IMG/VR virus record: IMGVR_UViG_3300025005_000002
Span: 64,001 to 128,000 of that record
Length of the DNA stretch: 64,000 nucleotides
Direction: 5' to 3' (one strand)
DNA from: a virus
The position numbers and the translations under genes were made by a program. The notes beneath the pieces were generated by a model. The model was not told the DNA's origin. It made no database searches and saw nothing but the letters and a program-made list of their open reading frames with translations. Positions 29,804 to 39,424 of this stretch are shown one piece after another. Position 1 is the first letter of the stretch, and every line of letters begins with the position of its first letter.

Positions 29804-30479
29804 AGATTTGTATTAAATGTGGGGCCAATAAGCCCGAAGATAGGTTTTATAAAAGGAAAAATAGCAAAGACGGATTACGTTCTGAATGCAAAGATTGTAG
29901 ATCAAAATCTGATAACCGGCGATATTTGTCTAGGAGGGATATAGTATTAAAACAATCAAAACAACGGCACATAATTAACAAAGATAAGATATCAAAACAA
30001 CACAAACAACGGCATTTAGCTAGAAGGAGTGAGATATTAGAAAAGAAAAACAACGGTACCTATCCAATAAAAGTAAAGCAACAGAGTATAGTAAGCAACG
30101 GTATTTAGTTAAAAGGGCCGAAATATTGAAATACCAAAAACAATATCACAAAGACAAGCGTAATAATGATCCCGGATTTAAATTACTTACCAATCTAAGA
30201 ATTGGAATCTACCATGCCTTACAAAATAATCAAAAATCTGGCCATACTACGGACCTTCTTGGCTGTTCTATTGAATTTTTTAAACAGTATTTGGAGAGTC
30301 AATTTCAACCTGGTATGTCGTGGGACAACCAGGGCAAATGGCACATAGATCATATTATACCTTGTTCTTCTTTTAATTTATTGGTCCCCGACCAACAGAG
30401 GCTTTGCTTTAATTATCATAATCTTCAACCACTTTGGGCTAGGGACAATATGAGTAAAAGTAATAAAATTATAGTTTGA
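29800..30479 (+). pseudogene. HNH homing endonuclease split by a frameshift
   Basis: N-terminal CxxC..DGL..CKDC Zn finger and C-terminal WHIDHIIP..NLQPLW..NMSK. One A added to the A5 run at 30046-30050 restores the KQRYL repeat frame. Confidence 0.8.
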
Positions 30480-30494
30480 AGGGAGGGATGTAAG

Positions 30495-30878
30495 TTGGTA
30501 GAGATAAATGAAGTTCTTGATCCACACAAGTACAGGTGCATTAGATGTAAGGCCCCAGCAGATATAATTTTTAAAGGGATGTTGCCGTATTGTTTCCTAC
30601 ACGAACCGGCTGAATCAAAAGCCGCAAGACAACTCAAGGAGGGTGAAATGGACGAAAGTGCAAAAGTTAGTGGTACTACCACAGAGGCATCTGTACCGGT
30701 GACACTTACTCCTATAGTTCCGCAGACTGTTTCTATTGGTGGGGGGTGGGTGGTGAAGGCTAAGGATGGTTCGGAACTTCACAATGGGTTTGCTTCCAAG
30801 AAAGAGGCTTCCAAGTGGGCGTCATTGGAAGTAGAACACAATCGGTTGAAGGCTGGTCAATACAAAATTACAAAATAA
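30495..30878 (+). CDS. Hypothetical protein with N-terminal Zn-finger-like motif
   Basis: CIRC...YCFLH; ggaggg RBS + TTG. Confidence 0.6.
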   Translation: MVEINEVLDPHKYRCIRCKAPADIIFKGMLPYCFLHEPAESKAARQLKEGEMDESAKVSGTTTEASVPVTLTPIVPQTVSIGGGWVVKAKDGSELHNGFASKKEASKWASLEVEHNRLKAGQYKITK

Positions 30879-30895
30879 ATCAATTGGGGATAAGC

Positions 30896-31381
30896 ATGAA
30901 TACATACACACACAAAATGCGTATATTGTCTGCATTTAATAAGCAAGATCTTGAAATCCTTAAATCTCCTTGTACTGAAATTAATATATCTCCTGCTTTT
31001 AAGGTCCTCATACGTGATATGCACCATACTTTAAGGAAAAGTAAAATTGGGGTTGGGTTGGCGGCTTCACAAGTAGGTGTAAATAAGCGTATTTTTATTA
31101 TCCAATACTATGAAGAGCATATGACCGTTATTAATCCGATAATACTGGACCGTAACACCGATATAAGAATAGAAAGTGAAGGGTGTTTATCAATACCACG
31201 GATTAATATTTTAATACCAAGGAGTGAGAGTATTAAGGTAGCATACACCAGGATGGATGGTGTTAGATTACACGAAGTTGAACTTAGAGGATTTGTTGCT
31301 AGAATATTTCAACATGAATATGATCATTTGGAGGGGAAATTGATAGTTGATATCGCGCAAAAACTTGGCTGTAGTTTATGA
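30896..31381 (+). CDS. def: Peptide deformylase
   Basis: GVGLAASQVG, EGCLS and QHEYDHLEG: all three PDF motifs. Confidence 0.95.
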   Translation: MNTYTHKMRILSAFNKQDLEILKSPCTEINISPAFKVLIRDMHHTLRKSKIGVGLAASQVGVNKRIFIIQYYEEHMTVINPIILDRNTDIRIESEGCLSIPRINILIPRSESIKVAYTRMDGVRLHEVELRGFVARIFQHEYDHLEGKLIVDIAQKLGCSL

Positions 31382-31869
31382 CTTGGAACGGTTCACCATA
31401 TGTATATAAAAAAGATGATATTATAATAATTTCTCCAAGAAATTCTGTACATATTTTAGATGCACTTGGCTTTGAGGTATTATTTGAATTTTGTGGTGCC
31501 ATGAAACATGTTAGGTCCCTAAATAAAAAGGTTATGTATTATAAGGATATTTTTGGTGATACCCGTATGGCTAGGCTTCAGCGGATTGCTATGGACTTAG
31601 ATGTACCTTTGCAGGAATATTTAAAGAAAAGAGAATTAGAGAAGAGAGCTAGAGCTAAACAATATCGCAAAAAAAGAGTGGTTGCTGTTCAGGGGTTAGT
31701 AGTTGAGGAGGATAAGAAGCAACATATTGTATGTCCGTATCCTAGGTGTGGTCGTAGGTATACTTGGTCTTACACAAATGGCCGTTGCCCACGATGGGAT
31801 AGTAATATTGAGCTTGAAAAAATGGAAGATGGTAAATATTTGATTAAAAAACTTGAGTTTATAAAGTAA
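31378..31869 (+). CDS. Hypothetical protein, LGF-motif paralog 3
   Basis: ILDALGF...RMARLQRIAMDLD; C-terminal CPYPRC..CP. Confidence 0.65.
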   Translation: MTWNGSPYVYKKDDIIIISPRNSVHILDALGFEVLFEFCGAMKHVRSLNKKVMYYKDIFGDTRMARLQRIAMDLDVPLQEYLKKRELEKRARAKQYRKKRVVAVQGLVVEEDKKQHIVCPYPRCGRRYTWSYTNGRCPRWDSNIELEKMEDGKYLIKKLEFIK

Positions 31870-32565
31870 TTTGATATGATATAAGATTATTTTATTGGGT
31901 GGCATTAGAATCATATCATACCAAGGGGTACCAAAATGACTAGAGAAGGCGAGATCACAATATTCCGCACAGTGTACGTAGAACGGTTTAAGACTAATTC
32001 TGGTAATAATTTCCGTGTGACAAGATGTGTTAATATGCAGACACCATTGCCTGGGGACATTCTTACCGAAGTAGAGTATGGCGAATTAGTAAAAAATAAA
32101 TATATCCGAGTTATCTGCGACGCAGACGGAAAAGTTTCTAACAAATAACAACAAATTCCATTTCAAGAAAGGTACCAGATAAATTATGACACAAATGACA
32201 CAATTGGAAATGGTTGGTTTCCGTAAATTACATTCCCCCGTTTGGACGTGTAATAAGTGTGAAAAGTTAACCCTATTTCCTGATGTTGATGCTTTGTTAA
32301 TCCATCTGAAAGACGAACACAAATTAGGTGAGGTGAATATTGATGCAGATGGTGGGGCATGGATTACTGAGACCATCACTGAGGCAACTAACTAAGCAGG
32401 ATTTACTAAAGATCATAGAACATTCAAATAGTATCATTAGTCAATGTACTGATGTTACCAAAACAAAGTCCTTTGCTGCCTGGGTTATAGACCACGACAT
32501 TTATTGGATATTTTCTGTTTTTTATGGTAAAGGAGTACATATATTCAAACCAGAGGAGAGGATGA

Positions 32566-34008
32566 ATGGGTATACAATTGCTGAAGATTCGACTGAAAGG
32601 GTTCGCGACCAATTCCTCATCGGCCCATAGTGTAATCTTGGCTGGATCATTAAAATCAGGAAATAGTGGGCCAGTGACAGATGGTGAATTTGGATGGGAG
32701 CATTTTTTACAGTCTACTTATAAGGAAAAGATGTCGTATATGGCCCAGGCATTATTTGATTGCTTGTCTAATCATGAGGACCGTGCTGCCAAATCAAAGC
32801 GGGCGAGGAAAATAGTCAAAGATCTTCTTGGTGTTGAGTGTGGATTCGGTACTGGTATTGATCATCAATCTGCCATTGAAATCCCGCAGCGTATGAATAA
32901 AAAATTGGCACTTGATTTTTGGAAAGAACTTTCTATTGCAATAAGTAAAGACCAAACGGTAGAAATAGCTGGTGGTAATGATAATGGTGGTGATGTCGAA
33001 GCTGAAGAGCATCCATTTTGGAGCGCAATACGCAACGCACTGAATCATTACAACAGTAATTACCGTATTAGAAAGGATGATGATATTTGGGTATTATTTA
33101 ATACCTATGACGGGACAAAAATGCACCTTGCGTTAAATGATAATCAATTTATTGATGACTTCAAACCAACAAGACCAGAATTAATAGATCTTAAAATTAC
33201 TGACAAATGCAATACTGAATGTAAATTTTGCTATCAAGGAAGTTTACCTAGTGGTCACCATGCTAAATATGAAGATATAGAAAAAGTTCTTGTAGGGATG
33301 GCTAAGGCCGAGGTATTTGAGATTGCAATGGGTGGTGGTGAACCAACGTTACACCGTGATTTTTTTAAAATATTAAACAAAATTAAAAAACTTGGTATGG
33401 TACCAAATTTTTCTACAAAGAATTATAATTTTTTTACGCCACGTAACTTTGAACTTTTAAAAAATGTAGTTGGATCAATTGGTATAAGTGTTAGTACTTT
33501 GGATGATTTAGATAGATATATAAAAATAATGACAGCAGCACGGGATTGTGATATGAATAATTTTTTTGGTAGATCTAAAATTATACTACATTATATATTG
33601 GATCAACATCCAATGTCTAATTTTATAAATATATTGGAGCGGCTATCAAAGACCAATATGTTTCGTCATCATCTGCTATTGCTTGGTAAAAAAGGCGGCG
33701 GGCGTAGTACTGGTGGGTATTTAGATAGTACTGGTTGGGCCTTATTTGTAGATAAATTTTTTAAAGATGAGGAGTCGGAACAATTAGATGTTTCTGTTGA
33801 TACACTTATTGCTAATAGATATGAAGATGATCTGAAATCCATTGATAAAAGACAGTATTACACAGATGAGGGTAGATTCTCTGTGTATGTGGATGTAGTA
33901 AATAAAAAGTTTGGTAAAGCTTCTTATGGAACAGAATTACTACCATATGTTAAGGTTAAAGATATTTTAGATGCTTTTAAGGGATGGGAACCAATCAAAA
34001 TACTCTAA
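32566..34008 (+). CDS. Radical SAM protein fused to an N-terminal TNSSS-motif domain
   Basis: IRLKGFATNSSSAHS N-terminal motif; DLKITDKCNTECKFCYQ (CxxxCxxC), GGGEP and FSTKN. Confidence 0.9.
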   Translation: MGIQLLKIRLKGFATNSSSAHSVILAGSLKSGNSGPVTDGEFGWEHFLQSTYKEKMSYMAQALFDCLSNHEDRAAKSKRARKIVKDLLGVECGFGTGIDHQSAIEIPQRMNKKLALDFWKELSIAISKDQTVEIAGGNDNGGDVEAEEHPFWSAIRNALNHYNSNYRIRKDDDIWVLFNTYDGTKMHLALNDNQFIDDFKPTRPELIDLKITDKCNTECKFCYQGSLPSGHHAKYEDIEKVLVGMAKAEVFEIAMGGGEPTLHRDFFKILNKIKKLGMVPNFSTKNYNFFTPRNFELLKNVVGSIGISVSTLDDLDRYIKIMTAARDCDMNNFFGRSKIILHYILDQHPMSNFINILERLSKTNMFRHHLLLLGKKGGGRSTGGYLDSTGWALFVDKFFKDEESEQLDVSVDTLIANRYEDDLKSIDKRQYYTDEGRFSVYVDVVNKKFGKASYGTELLPYVKVKDILDAFKGWEPIKIL

Positions 34009-34040
34009 AGGATAATTATGGCATATTGTAGAATGAGTTT

Positions 34041-34466
34041 GTGTACGATAGATTAATTATGGAGGGCGAACCGTCTAAGCGTATTTCATCTTTTGCGAGG
34101 CGTGCTGAGGCATATGCTGGGAATTCAGACCATGTTAGGTATAAACATGTTGCTATGGTTGTGGGCCGTTCTTTTTTATCAATTGCCACTAATGTTCAAG
34201 GTAAGACTTGTCCAATGCCATCTTCTTATGGTAAGATTAAGGATAAGGCTCATGCTGAAATGAGGGCACTTCACTGGGCATCGCATACTAAGGGTGCGAC
34301 TTTATTTTCAATTAGGGCCGGTTTCAAAAATGCCAAGCCCTGTGCGGGGTGTTTACAACTTGCACATGAGTACGGGATAAAAGATGTCATATATTCCAAT
34401 AATGGGAAGCTTTATACTATAAAATTGAACGGAGAGGGAACAAGAAATGGAACTAGTATTAGATAA
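34041..34466 (+). CDS. Cytidine/dCMP deaminase-like Zn-dependent deaminase
   Basis: HAEMRAL and AKPCAGC motifs, GIKDVIYS C-terminus. Confidence 0.85.
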   Translation: MYDRLIMEGEPSKRISSFARRAEAYAGNSDHVRYKHVAMVVGRSFLSIATNVQGKTCPMPSSYGKIKDKAHAEMRALHWASHTKGATLFSIRAGFKNAKPCAGCLQLAHEYGIKDVIYSNNGKLYTIKLNGEGTRNGTSIR

Positions 34467-34724
34467 TTACCTAGGTGGGGAGGTAAAAGAAGTAAAGGTG
34501 AATAATCGACATGAATATGGTGATATTGTACAGCAATATATGTTAGAACATCCTGACAATTTTATCACGGTGCGTGGCAAAGATAAGAGTTATGTTATTG
34601 AATATAGTGGTAAGGATTCATATGATGTGTATGAACCCAATCTTAGCAATAAAGCATCTATGCCACTAATAGAAGCAATAGATTATATTTATAACCATGC
34701 TCAACCAAAATTAAAGGAGTAAAA

Positions 34725-34938
34725 ATGATCATAAATATAGAAACCAAAAAAATGGGGGAAAATAAAACTAACAAGAGAACAAGAAATTGGACTAGTAAAA
34801 AGGATAAAATTGGGATATATAATCACTAGATCATGGAAAACAAAATATGCTAAATGGGTGCGAGTAGATATGTTAAATATCAGAAATGGAGCAACTAAGG
34901 CCTTATATTGGCATAATGGATGGCAGATTGCACACTAA
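34725..34938 (+). pseudogene. Small ORF apparently frameshifted at an A7 run
   Basis: aaggag RBS + ATG 34725. Removing one A at 34746-34752 gives a 70-aa ORF ending at TAA 34938. Confidence 0.4.
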
Positions 34939-35190
34939 TTAGTATTAATTTAGTGATATACATTAATCACTCACCAGGAGGTAAGTTATGGCCGATGACA
35001 AGACTGAAGTAGTAGATCCCAAAGCAGAGTACCAGGGTAACCTTGATGGAGCTTTTGAAGAAGTAATTAATGACCTCGAAAACACAAGGGAAGTCCTTAA
35101 GGAAAAAATTGGAGAGATTGCAACAAATATTAAGGAAGAATTGTTAAAACCCCCAAAAAACAGTAATTAACAACCAGATTAAAATATGAG

Positions 35191-35919
35191 GTGGTAATGG
35201 ATAATGCTGTCTTTGACAAGGACGCATTGTTTCAAGAAGTATATACCCATATTAAGCAGCGCGGACTCCCAGTAAAATTCCCTCCATCATTACTCGAATT
35301 TTGTACTTATGAAGATGTCCAGCAGGAATTTTGGCTTGGGGTCACTCGTCGTCTTAAGAAAGTCAAACCATTCAAAGAGGGCACCGGGACATCACCACAG
35401 TTTGGTTTTTTGGTGGATGGTGGGGTACATGCGGTACAAGATTATGTTCGCAGAGTATGCAATCGCAATTTACTCCCACATTGCGCATGTAAGATATGGG
35501 CTACCAAGAAATATGACAAATGTCCTAAATGCGGAAGTGAAATATCTTATTCAACAATATATGGTGAGGATATTATATCTAGGTCAACGACTCAATGTGG
35601 CCCAGATAAAATAGCAGAAGGGAAACTTGAAGTAGAGAAATTCAGAGCATACTTGGAAAAACAAAAAGCAAAAAAAGTATTATATTTATTTAGCATATTG
35701 TGTGGGCATAATAAGGGACCGTGTGATATATGCCCAGATACTTGTAAAGGCAGTATCTGTGATTTTGAGCTTCGGAGAGGCAAATGGCGTTCTGGTTGTA
35801 TTAACCTTCCAAGTAGGGTGGCAGTATATTGGAACGTCAGTCCTGCTAGGGTTGGGGTTGTTTTTGCCAAACTTACCAAACTTGCAAATGAATTTATAAA
35901 TCAAGGTAAACATGAATAA
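35191..35919 (+). CDS. Sigma-70-like (ECF-type) factor with Cys-rich insertions
   Basis: Region-2-like EDVQQEFWLGV..F.FLVDGG..VQDYVRR; region-4-like RVAVYWNVSPARVGVVFAKL; two Cys clusters in between. Confidence 0.6.
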   Translation: MVMDNAVFDKDALFQEVYTHIKQRGLPVKFPPSLLEFCTYEDVQQEFWLGVTRRLKKVKPFKEGTGTSPQFGFLVDGGVHAVQDYVRRVCNRNLLPHCACKIWATKKYDKCPKCGSEISYSTIYGEDIISRSTTQCGPDKIAEGKLEVEKFRAYLEKQKAKKVLYLFSILCGHNKGPCDICPDTCKGSICDFELRRGKWRSGCINLPSRVAVYWNVSPARVGVVFAKLTKLANEFINQGKHE

Positions 35920-36437
35920 TCTGTTTGACCCCTATATCTTCCGTAAATGCCTAGGTTGGAAGGATATATCTGGAGATTATAAATTTAGCAAGGAACATGA
36001 AGAGTATTTTCTAATTTCCCCATCTGAGCACTTGATGCCAGACATGGTTCCACGTAAGGCCCGCTGTAAAGCCTGCGAAGTTGAATTCAAGCGTTACCAA
36101 ACATTAATCCGCGTCAGGCGTTACCGAATTAACCGGAAGCAAACGGAAATAATAAGGGAATATATTCGTGTGTATAGGGCCAATTTATCTGGCGAAATAA
36201 CTTTACCATCAAATGTTTTAAAACAATTACGCCAAGCGATAATAGAAAATGGAGGGGTACTTGAAGAAAAGAAGAAGTTTGCAGAATAATAGATATATTA
36301 AAGAGATATATGAATTTTTAATACCGATAACAGTAGATCCAAGATATAGGACAATATATAGTGAAGAATTGCGTAGTAAACTTACAAATCTGTATGAAAA
36401 CATAGCCACACATTGGCATGGGAAAGCACATAGGTGA
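35912..36437 (+). other. Two hypothetical ORFs (35912-36289, 36249-36437)
   Basis: Coupled ORFs. Confidence 0.55.
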
Positions 36438-36737
36438 CAAGCCGGATGCAAAATAACTGTAGTATGATGATGGTATTAAAATTATTATACACTATATGTA
36501 AAATAGCCAAAAATAACGAAGGGTTAATCAGTGATGATGTTTACGAGAAAGTAGATAATTTATGGTATAGACTTAATGTGTATTGGTATAGGGGAGCCTA
36601 GGAAATGATGGTCCTTAGAAGGTATAAGACAATCAAACAAAGGGATGACCGACCATGAAACAATACACAAACTGTCACATGGTTAAACTAACCAATGATT
36701 TTGCTAGGATCGCTGAGTGCCTAGAAAGGAATGTGGT

Positions 36738-37193
36738 ATGAGGCGATATAGGACTATAAAACAGTCAGACTCGTATAGTTGCTTTGCGTGTTGTGCGTGT
36801 ATGATAACTGGTGAGACACTAAAGAAATTTATTAAATATATCGGGCATGATGGGTCGGAACCAGACCCAAATGAATCACACCCATCGAAATGTAGAGGAT
36901 TCACTGATAGAGAGGTAGTATTATATCTAGTGGATCGTGGATATGCACTAGGTACATCACCAGAATGGAGTATACCAATTCGCTTTAATGGTGACCCAAA
37001 TGAAGTTATCAAAATAGAAATTCCCATTACTGAGCCCGCAATATTACTTGTTGAAAGTGAAATGTTGTCAGGATATTTCCATTGTGTATTTTGGGATGGA
37101 GAATGGGTTCGCGACCCAAATCCAAAACGCCCGGCTAAGTCTAAACTGGGAGAGTACAAAATACGTGAGTGGAGCCAAGTGATTATATTATGA
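36738..37193 (+). CDS. Papain-like (C39-like) cysteine peptidase
   Basis: IKQSDSYSCFAC (oxyanion Gln + Cys), YFHCVFWDG (His), VRDP (Asp). Confidence 0.7.
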   Translation: MRRYRTIKQSDSYSCFACCACMITGETLKKFIKYIGHDGSEPDPNESHPSKCRGFTDREVVLYLVDRGYALGTSPEWSIPIRFNGDPNEVIKIEIPITEPAILLVESEMLSGYFHCVFWDGEWVRDPNPKRPAKSKLGEYKIREWSQVIIL

Positions 37194-37853
37194 AACGCAG
37201 ATATTTTAAGAACAGACGCCATGCAATATTTGTTCAGGTATACATGTTGCTGATGATATGCACAAATTTGTCTCTGTCTATTGAATTATGTAAAAAGGTA
37301 GAAGATATGGTAAATTTTTTTAGGGGGGAGTACAGGAAAGGATGAGCCATATAGTTACACATACAGAAGTTGAAACATGGGATGAGGTAATTTGTGATAA
37401 TTGTGGACATGGAGAAGGTATGCATTACAAAACTCCGGAGAAGATATTAGTTGGATCGGGTGGTGAGTATATAGCTTTTGGATGTATAAGGTGTTGCTGG
37501 TGAGGACCTAAATATCATTGCAATATTGGACAGATTATTTGGTAATGTGGGGTGGATGGGGGACGGATCTGATTTTTCGATACTTATTGATCGTATTATA
37601 TATAGTCTTGGGATACGCGATTTAAAATAAGGAGGGTGTTATGTCAGTTGATCCTAAATATTTGATTGCACCAGAGTCAATAGAAGATACAGCAGATTTT
37701 TTGGCCAATACATTTTTCCCAAAAGGAGAAATAGATCCGGTTAATTTTCAGGTGGTTATGCAATGGGTAATGGCTAGAGAATTAGAAGATGAAGAGGTAT
37801 CATTTGCTTTAGAGAAGTTCTACCAAAAAATGATGATAAATGCTCACAGATAA

Positions 37854-38428
37854 GAAGGCTGAAATCATATATAGATTTATATGGATACCAATATTTACAG
37901 CAAGAGATTGTATAAAAGAAACCAACATTCATACTATGGGATGGCGTAAATTGACTAGCAGATTACATAAATTACAGTTTATAATGTGGGAGTTGTGGAA
38001 TAAATAATTTTTGGAAGTATATTTTGTTGCGATACAACCAGTAGAATCCTGGAACCCCTGGATACTACGTAAATTAAGGGTTTGATTTTTATTTCTTTTT
38101 ATAAAATCGCAACCTCAAAATCCAAGTCAAAATATATTAAAATCAAGAACTAAAACAAGAGGCCACAATGCGAAAATCTAAAATGATTGGGTTATTACAC
38201 GATTGAGTAGGATAATTAAGATGTCGGTATCAAAGGATAAACAGATATCCGCTATTAGGAAAGATCTTAGTAAGGTGATGGTATGTATTGGGTCGGATTA
38301 TAATTTCCTACATCTTCGTCTGTTATATATATATGAAAGATTGGGGTATTTGTACTCATTTACTGATGTTATATATATATGAAAAATTGGGGCATTTGTA
38401 CTCATTTACTGATGAGCGATAAAAAAGT
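37854..38428. promoter_or_regulatory. Longest non-coding AT-rich interval; candidate replication origin or major promoter region
   Basis: About 575 bp with no long ORF; T-tracts then A4-tracts at 38103, 38117, 38129, 38139 and 38152; contains the 46-bp tandem repeat; precedes the replication module. Confidence 0.4.
38321..38412. repeat. Two tandem 46-bp direct repeats
   Basis: tgttatatatatatgaaa(g/a)attgggg(t/c)atttgtactcatttactga at 38321-38366 and 38367-38412, with 2 mismatches. Confidence 0.95.
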
Positions 38429-39424
38429 ATGGCTGAATTTGCCGAATTAAAAGAGGCAATTAAGTTTGCAAAGGTCGGGGGTCTTACCGAATTGGTAGTA
38501 CCCCCAGCCTATATTAAATTCTTGTCATTTAATAAAATAGAGGTTACAACTGGGTATTTTAATGTTGGTGGTAAGGTAGACCAACGGAAAAGTGTTTTTG
38601 AATTACCACATTATCTCCTACCTACCATTTCCCGCCTGTTTACCTCTAAGTCTACCACATATTCCCTATTAACATCCCTATCAAATGACTTAGCAATAAG
38701 GTGCCTAAATGATATATTTAGTAAATATATAGAAAATGTGTATATTTTACATACAAAAGGTGTAATTAGGTGTATGGTACCAGAAAAATATGTTTTTATC
38801 CCAAATGAGTATATATTAAATGGTATAATCAGTAAAGAAACTGAGGCTAATGTTGTTAATATTTTGATGTGTGAACAATCTAGGATTATGAGGATGGTAT
38901 ATGTTGATGGTGGGACGATAAAAACTCAAGCAGGTCCAATTAAAAAAGCTGTTGCGGTATTAAATAGTGAAATTGGTATGTTGGATTATAAAATAGTTAA
39001 AAAGGCTTCTATAGTAGCATATCCAGCGGTATGGTATATAGATATAAATAAGTGTGCGATATTAAATGGTGTCGAGATCCCATTTGTGGCTGTTAATCAG
39101 CAGAGTAAGAAAAAAACTGATATTTTATTAGATTTTATGGTTGATATAGCAATGAGTAAATTGTATGATGTTGTCATTGATATTCATGATGCCATGGTAC
39201 AAGAGCGGCCAGATGGTGTAAATGGGTTGGTTGGTATGGTTAGGAGAGAATTAAAATCAATTGACCCGGCCTATTATAAACAATTGCAGACTTTAATGGG
39301 TAGAATGTCTGTTTATTCGTTATATATTAATATATTAAATAGAAGTAGTTCATATACACCACAATTTAGAATTAAGATTGAAAAACTTTGTGGTAAAATT
39401 TATGGGGGATTTTATGACAAATAA
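38429..39424 (+). CDS. Divergent DUF932-like protein
   Basis: RCMVPEKYVFIPN, VLNSEIG and KCAILNG loosely match the DUF932 motifs RAxLSxRYxxxDN, SNSExG and LxCxNG. Confidence 0.45.
   Translation: MAEFAELKEAIKFAKVGGLTELVVPPAYIKFLSFNKIEVTTGYFNVGGKVDQRKSVFELPHYLLPTISRLFTSKSTTYSLLTSLSNDLAIRCLNDIFSKYIENVYILHTKGVIRCMVPEKYVFIPNEYILNGIISKETEANVVNILMCEQSRIMRMVYVDGGTIKTQAGPIKKAVAVLNSEIGMLDYKIVKKASIVAYPAVWYIDINKCAILNGVEIPFVAVNQQSKKKTDILLDFMVDIAMSKLYDVVIDIHDAMVQERPDGVNGLVGMVRRELKSIDPAYYKQLQTLMGRMSVYSLYINILNRSSSYTPQFRIKIEKLCGKIYGGFYDK

Noticed and set aside
30041-30053. Programmed -1 ribosomal frameshifts at 30046 and 51839
   Set aside because: G_AAA_AAC and C_AAA_AAG are not canonical X_XXY_YYZ sites, no downstream stimulatory structure is evident, and indels of the opposite sign occur elsewhere.
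38321-38412. CRISPR mini-array
   Set aside because: The two 46-bp units are directly adjacent with no spacer, there are only two copies, and no cas genes are present.
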